Positions 47,768 to 60,098 of a DNA stretch of 64,000 nucleotides are shown here, one piece after another. This DNA comes from Zancudomyces culisetae HAW-14-8 (taxonomy: Eukaryota > Fungi > Kickxellomycota). The notes under the pieces were generated by a model. That model searched no databases, had not been told where the DNA came from, and saw only the letters and a list, made by a program, of their open reading frames with translations. Both the position numbers and the translations under genes were made by a program. Each line of letters begins with the position of its first letter. The first letter of the stretch is position 1. The stretch is taken from the NCBI GenBank assembly GCA_052426225.1, contig JBNJNM010000015.1, forward strand, positions 868,001-932,000. Reading direction: 5' to 3'.

Positions 47768-50753
47768 TTTTATTCTGTCAGTTAAAAACCAAAAAACGAA
47801 AATTGACTACCTCGATTTGACAGTGAAATATGTAATTAATTAAATGCCAAATATCTGAAAATAACTGTCGAATATTTTTATTGCTCTTTTCCATTTCATT
47901 CTCCGTTTATACCTTCGCTGTCGCTTTTTTTTTTTGGATATTGTACTTTGACACCACTTCGACTCCTTACCCTCTACCATTTTCCACATTTTTCATTGCC
48001 AATGTCAAAGTACTCTTTACTGTCGAAAATGTATTTAGTGTCACTTTGTCTTTACTTTTCTGTAGTGGTTTTGTATACATCACCATTAAACTGTAAAGAA
48101 AAAACGGCGCGCCAGATAACATGCACACTACATCTTGGTGTAGCCTTTCTTTATTTAAAACGCTTTTACTTGTAACAATGGTTCATTGCATTTTGTAACT
48201 TAATTATGATGATACCAATATTCACACCCGATATTCCAATACCCGGGATAAATAAACCCAACAAAAATTTTTGGATTTTCAATTTTTGCTGATTGTCTCT
48301 TAATAATATATCTTTAGCATTGTTCTTATCATTTCTGTTTTTTACATCTTTCAACCTCTTGTTTTATATGATCCATTTTTTATGAATGGATGATAATCAA
48401 AATATGAAATGTATTTTTTCGTAAATTATATTCCATCTACTATTCCGGAGACAAAATGGTATGAAAAAAGACATGATGTAGTAGTTTTATACAATCTGTG
48501 AGCCTATTTACTTTTATGTCGAAAAGTTTTACAAGGTCGTGGGTATTTTTTAGTATCATGGCTATTACTACACTTATTTACACGCTAAGTTTCTTTTTCT
48601 TTCATCGAGAATCACACACTTTTCTGCTCAAGGATCGCGTTTTTATATTCATTTTTTCTTTTTCCTTGGGATAATTCACAGGTTTAATAACTTGCGTCTG
48701 GAATCAATACTTGCCCATTGAACATGTCTGATGCATGTAGAAATATGCATCTACAGATGAATAGTCTGTATCTTTTGGCTGGATGTGTTCATCTGGTGAC
48801 TCTAGTTTTCAAAACTACTCTACGTTCAGCTACTGGTGTGTCGAATGATAGTGGTAAAACACAAATATGATTCTATTTTTTTGAGGGGTATATAATAACG
48901 TGGGCGTTTTTGAAAAGTAAAAAAAAAACAAACACTTATAACCTAACACAACCTAAGAAATCATGGTTTTTACATAGAGACTAAACTGCGTGGAAATAAA
49001 CAAAAGGTCATCACTTTGGAGTCACACAGGACGTCTTGGTGATATTTTTGTTCTGGGTGTTGGTATGGATTTGGGGTTGGTAATAATGTACTTTTGATTT
49101 AGCTCCGACTTTAGTTGTAAGTTCATACCCATCCTGACCGGCGATGGCTTTGATTTTGGCCATAAACAAAATAAATTTACAGAGAAAAGTAGAGTGTGCT
49201 GTAATGTATGAGTGGCTAAGTATGAAGAGGCGTAATTTTGAAAAATAAATAAACGTACGTGATAATATACTTCATTTTGTAAAAAATACTTCCTACACCC
49301 GGGTGATGAGATGAATACACAAAAGGACCTTATCCAATTACTTGATTTTTAAGGTCTAGTCGCAAAAAGAATAACAGTTAATATAGAGGAATAAATAAAG
49401 AACAACCGATTTTTGTGAAGACCTGGGTATCTTGTAAGATGTCGCCACAAAACTTCAGATAAAGTACATGATATGTTATTTATTTATTTATTTATTATTT
49501 ATTTTCTGCTGTTTTTCAGGTATCATGCGAGGTGGGAGACTATGATCCAGTTTTCAACTTGGTTGTATTTCTCGTGAGCAGTACAAAAGTCAGCCAGTAA
49601 AATAATGTATAAAATTGCCACAGTTTACCTTTACAGTTCAAGCACAACATCCCAGTAGGTCATTCACACTTTTATGTTTCTTTTACAGTTAAAATGAGAA
49701 ATAAAAACAAATATCAAATAATACAACTATAATAAAAACATGAATATCAGCATTATAAACAACCCCCATTTGTAAAATCAAGGGGGAAAAACGTGACTAG
49801 TAGCCCTATTTACACAACACGCTTGAATATATAATTTTTTAAAGAACCTCCCATCCCCAGAAGTAAAGTGGGTGGCTTTTAGGGCTAGTTGTATCTTTCA
49901 GCTATCGGTGCTATCTGAAGGCTTTAAAAAAAATGTAGTCAAGGAAAAAAAATTGAATTAATAGGAGGACATGTTCACAATGTGCTACACATTTAACAAG
50001 TGATATAAATGTTCTGGATTTTCAAAACTCTCTCATATGGCTTTTAAATCCCTAAAAGAAGTTGAAAAAATCAAATAGCAATAATAAAGGAATGGAATCA
50101 TGAACAAAATAAATTCACAGAGATTGGCAAAGTGAAATTCACAGGTGTTTATAAAGTTTTTTCCAACCCATCATTTCACCAATTGATTTTGAAGTGATTT
50201 TGCCTTTCCAATTCTGTATTGTTAAAAAATATATTGCTGAACTCATGCCCATTAAAAGCCTGAATTTATAAAGAACAATTGATAATGTTGAACTTATTGC
50301 GGTTTTAATCCACTACCCGTAAGGATACCATGTAAAAACACAAAAAACATATATATAACAAATAAAAGAATTTAAAGTATAATAACAAAACGGCAATAAT
50401 CCAAAAGTGCTGCTATTAACCCATAAAAAAAAAGCCCCTGAACACATAAAAGTAACAACTCTCGGCTTAAATATAGGGCAAAATTAAAGTATAGACATAT
50501 CTATGTAATGTTAGGATAGACTTTAAAATTTGTTTTATTTTAATTAAAGCCTGCTTTATACAAGTTGTATCTCATACTATCATACACTCAACTAAACTTC
50601 ATGCTATCACATTACATTTTAATTCATTTATATTCATCAACATCATAATAAGGGGAAAAAGGCATATATCCAACCTTGCTGAACCGGATCAAAGCACATT
50701 AAACATAGATTGTAGAAAAACCAACGGGGTAGAATAAACTAAAGAAATTTAGA

Positions 50754-51854
50754 ATGAAAGGCACCGGTATAACCGACTTGATAGTAAGGTTATCGATAGT
50801 GGTATTATTAACTATAGGTATTATATCAGCAACACAACAAAAACGGCAATCTGATGAGATAGATACGTCAGAAAAAAATGAAATCGACCTTTCAAGCGGA
50901 GCAAGAGTTGTAAACGGCACCATAGCTGAGTTTCACGACTTTCCATATGCGATATTTATTTACATAGACCTGGGAACTGGCGGTGAAGCGTGTGCAGGAT
51001 CACTAATTGCAGACAATGTAGTTGTTACAGCAGCACACTGTCTTTTAGATTCAAAGGGACAAAAGTATCCAGCAAAAAACGTTCTATTATCTGCAGGAAG
51101 TGAAAAAAGCATCCAAACAAACACGAATAGGTTTAGCGCAAATGACACCTTTGTATTCCCCAGTTTTGATCCAAATACATTGGTACACGACATTGGCTTG
51201 GTTATACTATCAGCACCAATCCCAAGGACAATAGCAACCCCAATTCCAATATACAGTGGGGAAATTGTTGATTCGCTAAGCGTGTTTGCCGCAGGATGGG
51301 GAATTACCAGTAACGGGCCAAATGCTTCAATCTCAAATGTTTTGAACCAGGTCCCACTAAAAGTATCCTCAGCAGATACTTGCAAAAAATTAAACGGCTA
51401 TTGGGTCAATAATAATAACTACTGCGTTTGTACTGCAAACGCAAATGGCCAAGACACCTGTTACGGTGATTCCGGAGGCCCCCTGGTACACAAAGAACAG
51501 GGAATTCCAACCTTGGTTGGCTTGACAAGTCTTGGAAATGCTCCTGGAAACAAGATTCGCCCTGAGTGTGGTATGAATGGCGGTGTTGCCTACTACACTC
51601 GTATTCACTTTTTCATTGACTGGATTTCCTCAACAACTGGAATAAATAAGCTTCAGCTATCTTACCCTAGCTCCAATGTATCCAACACTACAGTATTTGC
51701 CTCTGCAAATGTACCCCCTTCCATCTCTGCTGCTGGTGCTAGCGAAGATACACCCACACTCGAAATATCTGCTGCCTTTTCGTCATCTTATTCTCGAAAC
51801 ATGCACTTGTTGAGTATATTTGCCTTTTCAGCACTCATACACCTTTACCTTTAA
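50754..51854 (+). CDS. Trypsin-like (S1A) serine protease, intact catalytic triad, secreted with GPI-like tail
   Basis: Signal peptide, KR site, R-VVNG, TAAHC, HDIGL and DTCYGDSGGP (Asp at the S1 pocket); Ser/Thr-rich stalk and hydrophobic C-terminus. Confidence 0.93.
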   Translation: MKGTGITDLIVRLSIVVLLTIGIISATQQKRQSDEIDTSEKNEIDLSSGARVVNGTIAEFHDFPYAIFIYIDLGTGGEACAGSLIADNVVVTAAHCLLDSKGQKYPAKNVLLSAGSEKSIQTNTNRFSANDTFVFPSFDPNTLVHDIGLVILSAPIPRTIATPIPIYSGEIVDSLSVFAAGWGITSNGPNASISNVLNQVPLKVSSADTCKKLNGYWVNNNNYCVCTANANGQDTCYGDSGGPLVHKEQGIPTLVGLTSLGNAPGNKIRPECGMNGGVAYYTRIHFFIDWISSTTGINKLQLSYPSSNVSNTTVFASANVPPSISAAGASEDTPTLEISAAFSSSYSRNMHLLSIFAFSALIHLYL

Positions 51855-52446
51855 TATGCTTTTCTCAAAACCCTCCTTTCTCACCGTTTTCTCAAAATTA
51901 GTGAACATTTTTTGTTCCTTTTTAATTTATTTTTTCAGTAACCTTAAAAAGTGACATTGTAAAACTTCAAGCTGAGATTATTTGTTCAATAAAATTTTAA
52001 AACAATTCTTGCTTTGTTTATCGCTGCAAATCAAACAGGTTTGTAAATGATTTTCTATGTTTAGTATATACCCTTCTTATCGGCCTCCAATATAAATCTA
52101 TTATTTTTCATCCTGATTGAAACTAACAAAGATTTCGTGTATACGAACAATACATTCTTATCTATAAAAAGACATTGTACATAACTTCATCAGATCTACA
52201 ACGCAACAGTTCTATGGAGTAGCAGGGTCATAAGGTAGGATGTAATAAACATTAGTTCACCTTAAAAGTTGAATATAACATCTATGTTTGCAGGAATAAG
52301 TTGTTTTGATACCTGCTCGTTCCCCTTTCCTACACTCTTTAATGATCTAAAAAATATATTTATTTTGAATAAATTGAATGCAAATTAGCTTCAAGAGTAG
52401 TGCAGATGTTTTGAATAAAAATAATAAAATAATAAAATAATAAAAA

Positions 52447-54579
52447 CTAGACTTGTTCGTACAGTACATCAATAATATCCTTATAGTACTTGGCTGCATC
52501 AAACCGCTTCAGTTTAAACGTAGGCGTCATCAGTTTGTTTGTTGTGACATCAAACGGTGTACACTCTACATGTATAGCCTTCAAAAATTCAAATCGCTGT
52601 GTCTTTGATTTAGTGAAGTGTACTTCGAGTTCTTTCAAAAGTGCTGCATTAACAGCTTTGTTCTTGGTGAGTTCAACATACAACATATTTTTTCTTGGCC
52701 CTCCTGCTGAACTGACAACTCCTTGTGCCCATGAAACAAATGTCTCAGGATCAGGAACGATAACACCTACCAAACAGTTTTTGGTTGAGTATCCATGAAC
52801 AAATGCCTGTGCTACAAGATTGTGTTTCATTAAAATGTTTTCTAAATTTTCGGGAGCTACATACTCGCCCTGAGATAGCTTGAATATGTTTTTCTTTCTA
52901 TCAATAATACTGATAGAACCATCAGGGTTGAATCTTGCAATGTCACCAGTTGCAAGCCATCCATCACCAATGAGAGCTTCTTTTGTATTTTTCTCATCCT
53001 TTAAATAGCCGTCGAATACCAATGGCCCACGAATCAATAGTTCGCCACGAGGACATGGCTTATCAGTAGTAAGGTACTCCATTTCTGGTGCATCACGTAA
53101 TCGCGCTTGCATCTTTGGTTTTGGACTGCCAATATCTCCTGAAGTAACTACACCAGCCATCTGGCCTGTTACTACAGAGGCAGTTTCTGTTAGCCCATAA
53201 CCCTCGAGAATCTCTGTAATTAGTACAACTTTCAGAAAGTCCGAAACATATGGTTCTAGCGGAGCGCTTCCAGAATAAATCCTTCGTACATTTCCGCCTA
53301 GAATGGCCTTGGTTTTGTTGAATATCTTTTCATCCCATACCTTGTGTACTAGACCCTTTCCATCCTTTAGATTTTTTATTTTTTCTTCAACTGCGATCCG
53401 GCTGATCTGTCTAACTTGCGAATCTGGTGAGTCTATTGTGGTAGCAGCCAGGCCAGCATAGAACTTGTTTAGTACTCTGGGAACACCACCAAATAGTGTT
53501 GGCTTGAGTAGCTGACAGTCTTCTAAAATTTTAGATACATCACCACAGTAGTATCCAATTATACCACCCAAAACGGTGATAACATTTTCTAAAAGCCTGC
53601 CATAACAATGAGCCAGTGGAAGATATGAAAGCAATATAGGTGTATCGTTCTCGTTTTCTGGGAAGAAATTATTTCCATAAACTGTACTACACGCGTAGCT
53701 ATAGTGTGAGCTTATTACGCCTTTCGGATTTGCAGTAGTACCACTGGTGTAACATAACGTATACGAATCTTCCGGTTTTGGTGGAACATGTGGCCTGGGG
53801 TTTGATTTTCCTACTTTTCTCAGCTCCTTAAAATCATACAATCCAATTGATTTTGATGCGGCCCATTGTTTGAGTATTTCGATTGAGTCTGGTGAAAATC
53901 CTGATATAACATGACCAACCTCATCTTCATCATTTTTATTAGTTGATACTGCGCTGCCTTCAAAGTTACTAAAGTTATCCATACTTACAATCACTTTGAG
54001 TGTTGGAAGTCTATCTACCATTTCTAATATTTTGGGTATTTTGCTTAGTGAACAAAATATAATAGGTAGTTCTGAGTGGTTGATAATGTACTCAACTGAT
54101 GAAGCGCCTAGAGTATCGTAAAGTGCCACAGAAAACAATGACTGTGTTATAGAAGCACGTTCAGCGAGTGCCCATTCCATTCGATTGTCAGCGTAGATAC
54201 CCACACCAAAGTTTCTGTTTTCAATAAGCTTTTTATGTGTAGGAGAGGAGAGGTCGAAGTGTAGGTTCAAGACGTGGATAATTCCACTTGCTAAGTCGTT
54301 AACAATGGCAGCGGTCTGTTTGTAAGTAATGAATACATAGTTTTCAAACATCTTTGTAGCTCTATTGAAGGGCCTGCATCCCAGAAACCTTTTCTTTGCA
54401 TACTTTTTAGCAGATCGCCAAAAGACATCATACATAGTTTGGACATCTGAATGCTTGTCAAATTCTTTTTTAAACGTAGGGTCATCAAGTTCAATACTTT
54501 CCAGAATGTGGGAGTACCCAGGAGCCGCAGAGTTTGGTATGGTGTGTGAAACCAGCTTTAGTTTGTTATTTACTGCCAT
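52447..54579 (-). CDS. Long-chain fatty acyl-CoA synthetase (ACSL/Faa2-like), copy A, 710 aa
   Basis: YTSGTTANPKG P-loop, YLPLAH, GYGLTE, GWLATGDIA and IDRKKNIFKLSQGEYVAPE; ATG 54579 matches the paralogue start. Confidence 0.95.
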   Translation of the reverse strand: MAVNNKLKLVSHTIPNSAAPGYSHILESIELDDPTFKKEFDKHSDVQTMYDVFWRSAKKYAKKRFLGCRPFNRATKMFENYVFITYKQTAAIVNDLASGIIHVLNLHFDLSSPTHKKLIENRNFGVGIYADNRMEWALAERASITQSLFSVALYDTLGASSVEYIINHSELPIIFCSLSKIPKILEMVDRLPTLKVIVSMDNFSNFEGSAVSTNKNDEDEVGHVISGFSPDSIEILKQWAASKSIGLYDFKELRKVGKSNPRPHVPPKPEDSYTLCYTSGTTANPKGVISSHYSYACSTVYGNNFFPENENDTPILLSYLPLAHCYGRLLENVITVLGGIIGYYCGDVSKILEDCQLLKPTLFGGVPRVLNKFYAGLAATTIDSPDSQVRQISRIAVEEKIKNLKDGKGLVHKVWDEKIFNKTKAILGGNVRRIYSGSAPLEPYVSDFLKVVLITEILEGYGLTETASVVTGQMAGVVTSGDIGSPKPKMQARLRDAPEMEYLTTDKPCPRGELLIRGPLVFDGYLKDEKNTKEALIGDGWLATGDIARFNPDGSISIIDRKKNIFKLSQGEYVAPENLENILMKHNLVAQAFVHGYSTKNCLVGVIVPDPETFVSWAQGVVSSAGGPRKNMLYVELTKNKAVNAALLKELEVHFTKSKTQRFEFLKAIHVECTPFDVTTNKLMTPTFKLKRFDAAKYYKDIIDVLYEQV

Positions 54580-55902
54580 TTCTATTCTTTTATAGCTAGT
54601 ATTTATTTGAACGCTGTTATCTTTGATAAGATTAACTTTCGAAATATAAAAAGAATAACCCAAGTGTTGCCAAAAACCGGTTTTTTTTCGCTTTGCTTTT
54701 ATTTAATAGTGGTTATATTTTTATCAACTCATTCAAACCAAAATATGTTGTTATAACATTTGTTTAAAAAGTGGAGGATGTAACTAAAAATCAGGAGCAA
54801 TTCTCGCTAATTATTTTGTTTTAGTTATTTTATGGGAAAAAAGCTTTGAATTAGATGAAACAACCTGCTGATCAATGCGTCTATGCTCAAAGAGAGATGT
54901 TCAGTCCAATACTACCAAAGGAGCTACAAGGTTATATCGCTATAGCTTGAATCTGACTGATGTTAAAAGTCCCCAAACTGCGGCTACCAGTGTTAAACTG
55001 GGAATAAAGATCTCGTAACGTGCTTTTTTGTTTGACAAAAGACTTGACATGAAATTCGTGTATTCTTTTGTGAGTGATTTCTGAATCAAATCTTGCTATT
55101 CTCCATCTTGGAATGAAAACAGCTAAATTGAAAATTTTACCTCACCCTTGCCCTTGTGCAAAGCTACCATACCAATTTCTTGAAATAAAACTATGTGGAG
55201 TTTAACAAAAGACAGCTTTGTGTAGATGCAACTCAAGATCACATGTATCAGCTTTTCAGATCATGAAACAAGAAATGCACAGTTTAAAAATACCCCGACG
55301 GTTAAGTTCTTTAAATTGCTGTTTCCTGGTTATCCATGCCTTTGGTCGTTTTCGACTAACTTGCAAAAATATCTACATATTTTTACAAGTTGTGGCGTTT
55401 CTAGTTTTGGTTACCATCTAAGACTGTAGCTTTTCTACTTTTTACTATGAGATCACTAGTCATATTTAAATATTGTCGACAAGTATTTACCTTTGTTTTT
55501 GTATTGAGATAGCCTACCAACTCGTCTGTATACATACGTCATGACATGTATAGTGGGGCAACCACAATACATCACTTTAATGATTATCACCCCTGCCACA
55601 ATTGTAAAATGTGCTGAGCGTGCCTGTTATTTAAATTTCCGACTCTTTTCTCAACGCAACAATTTATCAAAATCACACACTCCACAGGCATAAGAAATAA
55701 AATACACCCCACCTTCTCCCCCTCCTCCTCCTTTTTCTTCTCATTTCCGGTTCTATGTGGTTAGTTTTGGATCGAGCAACAAGATTCAAATAATATATAA
55801 CCAGCGTGTTACCACTATACAAATTTATTTATTTATTTTTTACAAAAAGATTTTAACACATAATCATATAAAGATAAAGTTGTCGCACACACTAAAACAG
55901 GG

Positions 55903-56343
55903 CTAAAGAAATCCTGTGACGGAAAATCCTAAAGCTAACAAAACAGAGGCGCCCGAAGCACCCAAAATATACCCAGATGAATGAGCTGGGTTGGCGGAGG
56001 ATGAATCAACAATTGGTATTGAATCTCTATAAGTACCATAAAACATATCAACACACTCCATAACACAGTCCTTATAACATCCGGAATCTGCATTATCCTC
56101 GTCACAGTTTTTGCAATCCTCGCAGCATTCCTCTACCAGATCACTTGGTAGGTCATCAGTGACGGGAACTTTGTAGCACTTGGCAATACAGTTGACATCG
56201 GTATAGTTTTTATGACACTCACTATCAAAGCATGCTTGTTCTTTTGAAAGCACATCCGATGCTGGTGCTGTTATTGGTATCGTTGATTGAGTCGATTCCG
56301 CACAGCAAACTCCCAACAGCGATAATAATATCGTAACTCTCAT
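55903..56343 (-). CDS. Small Cys-rich secreted, probably GPI-anchored protein (146 aa)
   Basis: Signal peptide MRVTILLSLLGVCCA, repeated CxxxC motifs, SSS omega-like site and hydrophobic tail. Confidence 0.75.
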   Translation of the reverse strand: MRVTILLSLLGVCCAESTQSTIPITAPASDVLSKEQACFDSECHKNYTDVNCIAKCYKVPVTDDLPSDLVEECCEDCKNCDEDNADSGCYKDCVMECVDMFYGTYRDSIPIVDSSSANPAHSSGYILGASGASVLLALGFSVTGFL

Positions 56344-57905
56344 TTTTGTTTTTGTGTTACAGTATCTAAGTATAGTATCTTTGAGATTTGTAAAGATAGT
56401 GCATTTAAAACAAGAATGTTGCTTATTTAAACTTTTACTCAAAAAATCAATAACATCATTAAAGCATTATAAGATTGGTTAATCAAATTGGCTAAAAATC
56501 ATCAGGTGGAAGTGCTTAAGAGTTACCAACATTACCACATCGCTCGCCAAGACAGTCTGAATTTGTGTTTATGGATGTAGATATAAGAAGTTTTATTACT
56601 GGACCTAGTTTTGCAACTAGGAGGCCCAAGAACATGATTGGCTTGGTACATCCAATTAATATGATTTTGACATACATAAATAACATTTACATTGGTTTGC
56701 CTTTTTTGCGCTAACAAACATCAACTATCTATAAATAGAGGGCATTAAGGACAAATTAAGGATAAGTAGTCAAAAAAATATTTTTACATTGAAATATCAA
56801 CAAAGTTATCAAAACTTTGTCGGAATGAAATAGCTACCCCCCTCACTTTCTGGACCTCTAGCGCTTCTCGATCTTACTACATTGGGTTTTTGAGAATAAC
56901 ATGTGTAATTAAATTGCAAGCATTTATTTGTATACATATCCACACGCACTTTACTAGTATATGATTAGTGTCTTGAAAAAGCAGGTACAAATGCAGTGTA
57001 ATTTAGATTTCCACTTGAAGGTATTTTTACAATGCATTGCGGCTTCTCCGTAGTGCTAATAATTTTCTAATTGAAATCTAGATATACCTTGTTGGTGCAA
57101 GCATGTGGATGTACAAATAATATTTTTTTCCATTGTACCTAAAAGAAAAACCAAATAACACCCATTTATTTACATATTCTTAAAACTCCAGAGCATTTTA
57201 ACGTAATCTTTTATCTAGACTCAATAAACAACGTAAATAGGAGCGATATTGGGTACTTAAAAGTCAATATAAAAAACATCAACCACTTATAATAACGCTT
57301 TAGCTATTAATATTATCAAGCTAGCAGGTACTTTGGATGGCTACCCATCCCTCCCCCTCCCCCTCCCCCTCTCTCCAGTAACTTTTTAACTAGCATCATC
57401 CCAAATCATTGAAACAACTAATATCTTTTTGTATGTAAATGATCCTTTAGATGGTTGTGGTCAACATGCACGTTATATCTATAATGAGAAATACACAACT
57501 TTCCTTATTGTGAACTTTATCGTGGAGCATCATTTTGAGTTTCAAGGACTACAGGAACAATCGTTGCACAAGTTGACAACTGAGTACAGAGGTATTTTGG
57601 TGGTTATATAGGTAATCTTGAAACATAAAAAAAAGTCAAAAAAAATAAAAAGTTCATACGGTTCTCCATCAATCAACCTGCTCAACCAAACTACAAAATA
57701 TATCGAAAAATCTGTTTCTAAACGTAAACACTCAGAAACCCTCGCAAAAGACTCCACTGATATTTTCATTCGACACTTAATCTTGCATAGAATCGTTTTT
57801 TTCTATTGAAATCGTATTTATTTACCCACTAATAAATAAATACAAATTAAAAAAGATAAACAGTTCATAATTTCAGTATTGGCGGGAGTCGCAAAGGTAA
57901 TAGAG

Positions 57906-57948
57906 TATAAAAGTTATAAAAGTTATAAAAGTTATAAAAGTTATAAAA
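57906..57948. repeat. 9-bp tandem repeat (TATAAAAGT)x4-5 in the 3' flank of ACSL copy B
   Basis: Directly visible in the sequence. Confidence 0.85.
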
Positions 57949-57965
57949 TAATAAAATAATAAAAA

Positions 57966-60098
57966 CTAGACTTGTTCGTACAGTACATCAATAATATCCT
58001 TATAGTACTTGGCTGCATCAAACCGCTTCAGTTTAAACGTAGGCGTCATCAGTTTGTTTGTTGTGACATCAAACGGTGTACACTCTACATGTATAGCCTT
58101 CAAAAATTCAAATCGCTGTGTCTTTGATTTAGTGAAGTGTACTTCGAGTTCTTTCAAAAGTGCTGCATTAACAGCTTTGTTCTTGGTGAGTTCAACATAC
58201 GACATGTTTTTTTCTGGTCGTCCTGCTGAACTAACAACTCCTTGTGCCCATGAAACAAATGTCTCAGGATCAGGAACGATAACACCTACCAAACAGTTTT
58301 TGGTTGAGTATCCATGAACAAATGCCTGTGCTACAAGATTGTGTTTCATTAAAATGTTTTCTAAATTTTCGGGAGCTACATACTCGCCCTGAGATAGCTT
58401 GAATATGTTTTTCTTTCTATCGATGATACTGATAGAACCATCAGGGTTGAATCTTGCAATGTCACCAGTTGCAAGCCATCCATCACCAATGAGAGCTTCT
58501 TTTGTATTTTTCTCATCCTTTAAATAGCCAGCAAACACTGATGGCCCACGAATCAATAGTTCGCCACGAGGACATGGCTTATCAGTGGCAAAGTATTCCA
58601 TCTCAGGTACATCACGTAGTCTTGCCTGCATTTTTGGTTTTGGACCGCCAATATCACCCGAGGTAGTTGCGCCAGGCATTTGACCTGTTGCGATTGAACA
58701 TGTTTCCGTCAAGCCGTAGTTTTCAAGCAGTTGTGCCTGAAATGCAACTTGTAGGAAATCCATGACATGAGGCTCCAGTGGTGCGCTTCCAGAAATGATT
58801 CTTCGTACATTTCCACCGAGAATGGCCTTGGCTTTATTGAATATCTTTTCATCCCATACCTTGTGTACTAGACCCTTTCCATCCTTTAGATTTTTTATTT
58901 TTTCTTCAACTGCGATCCGGCTGATCTGTCTAACTTGCGGATCTGGTGAGTCTATTGTGGTAGCAGCTAGGCCAGCATAGAGTCTAGATAATATCCTGGG
59001 TACTCCAGTGAAGAGGGTTGGCTTGAGTAGTTGACAGTCTTCTAAAATTTTAGATACATCGCCACAGTAGTATCCAATTATACCACCCATATTGGTAAAG
59101 ATATTTTCAGCACATTTGGCATAAGTGTGTGCTAGTGGAAGATATGAAAATACTATAGGAATTTCGTTTTCATTCTCTGGGAAATAGTTGCTTCCATAGA
59201 CAGCACTAAATGCGTAATTTATGTGTGTGCATATCGCTCCTTTTGGATTGCCAGTAGTACCACTGGTGTAACATAACGTATACGAATCTTCCGGTTTTGG
59301 TGGAACGTGTGGCGTGGGGTTTGATTTTCCTACTTTTCTCAGCTCCTTAAAATCATACAATCCAATTGATTTTGATGCGGCCCATTGTTTGAGTATTTCA
59401 ATCGAGTCTGGTGAAAATCCTGATATAACATGACCAACCTCATCTTCATCGCTTTTATTAGTTGATACTGCGCTGCCTTCAAAGTTACTAAAGTTATCCA
59501 TACTTACAATCACCTTCAGTGTTGGAAGTCTGTCTACCATTTCTAATATTTTGGGTATTTTGCTTAGTGAACAAAATATAATAGGTAGTTCTGAGTGGTT
59601 GATAATGTACTCAACTGATGAAGCGCCTAGAGTATCGTAAAGTGCCACAGAAAACAATGACTGTGTTATAGAAGCACGTTCAGCGAGTGCCCATTCCATT
59701 CGATTGTCAGCGTAGATACCCACACCAAAGTTTCTGTTTTCAATAAGCTTTTTATGTGTAGGAGAGGAGAGGTCGAAGTGTAGGCTCAAGACGTGGATAA
59801 TTCCACTTGCTAAGTCGTTAACAATGGCAGCGGTCTGTTCGTAGGTAATGAATACATAGTTTTCAAACATGTTTGTAGCTCTATTGAAGGGTCTGCATCC
59901 TAAATATTTGTTAGTTGGGTACTTTTTCACGGCATTCCAGAACACTTCATACACAGTGTTTGCACCAGCGTGTTTTTCATACTTTTCTCTGAGGGCAGGA
60001 TCATCAAGTTCAATGCTTTCCAGAATGTGGGAGTACCCAGGGGCCGCAGAGTTTGGTACAGTGTGTGAAACCAGTTTTAGTTTATTATTTACTGCCAT
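57966..60098 (-). CDS. Long-chain fatty acyl-CoA synthetase, copy B, 710 aa
   Basis: YTSGTTGNPKG, YLPLAH, NYGLTE and GWLATGDIA; colinear with copy A at offset 5519. Confidence 0.95.
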   Translation of the reverse strand: MAVNNKLKLVSHTVPNSAAPGYSHILESIELDDPALREKYEKHAGANTVYEVFWNAVKKYPTNKYLGCRPFNRATNMFENYVFITYEQTAAIVNDLASGIIHVLSLHFDLSSPTHKKLIENRNFGVGIYADNRMEWALAERASITQSLFSVALYDTLGASSVEYIINHSELPIIFCSLSKIPKILEMVDRLPTLKVIVSMDNFSNFEGSAVSTNKSDEDEVGHVISGFSPDSIEILKQWAASKSIGLYDFKELRKVGKSNPTPHVPPKPEDSYTLCYTSGTTGNPKGAICTHINYAFSAVYGSNYFPENENEIPIVFSYLPLAHTYAKCAENIFTNMGGIIGYYCGDVSKILEDCQLLKPTLFTGVPRILSRLYAGLAATTIDSPDPQVRQISRIAVEEKIKNLKDGKGLVHKVWDEKIFNKAKAILGGNVRRIISGSAPLEPHVMDFLQVAFQAQLLENYGLTETCSIATGQMPGATTSGDIGGPKPKMQARLRDVPEMEYFATDKPCPRGELLIRGPSVFAGYLKDEKNTKEALIGDGWLATGDIARFNPDGSISIIDRKKNIFKLSQGEYVAPENLENILMKHNLVAQAFVHGYSTKNCLVGVIVPDPETFVSWAQGVVSSAGRPEKNMSYVELTKNKAVNAALLKELEVHFTKSKTQRFEFLKAIHVECTPFDVTTNKLMTPTFKLKRFDAAKYYKDIIDVLYEQV

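Noticed and set aside
49440-49600. Intron-like tract ending TTTTTCAG followed by a short open frame
   Set aside because: No coherent start or upstream exon, and no recognisable product.
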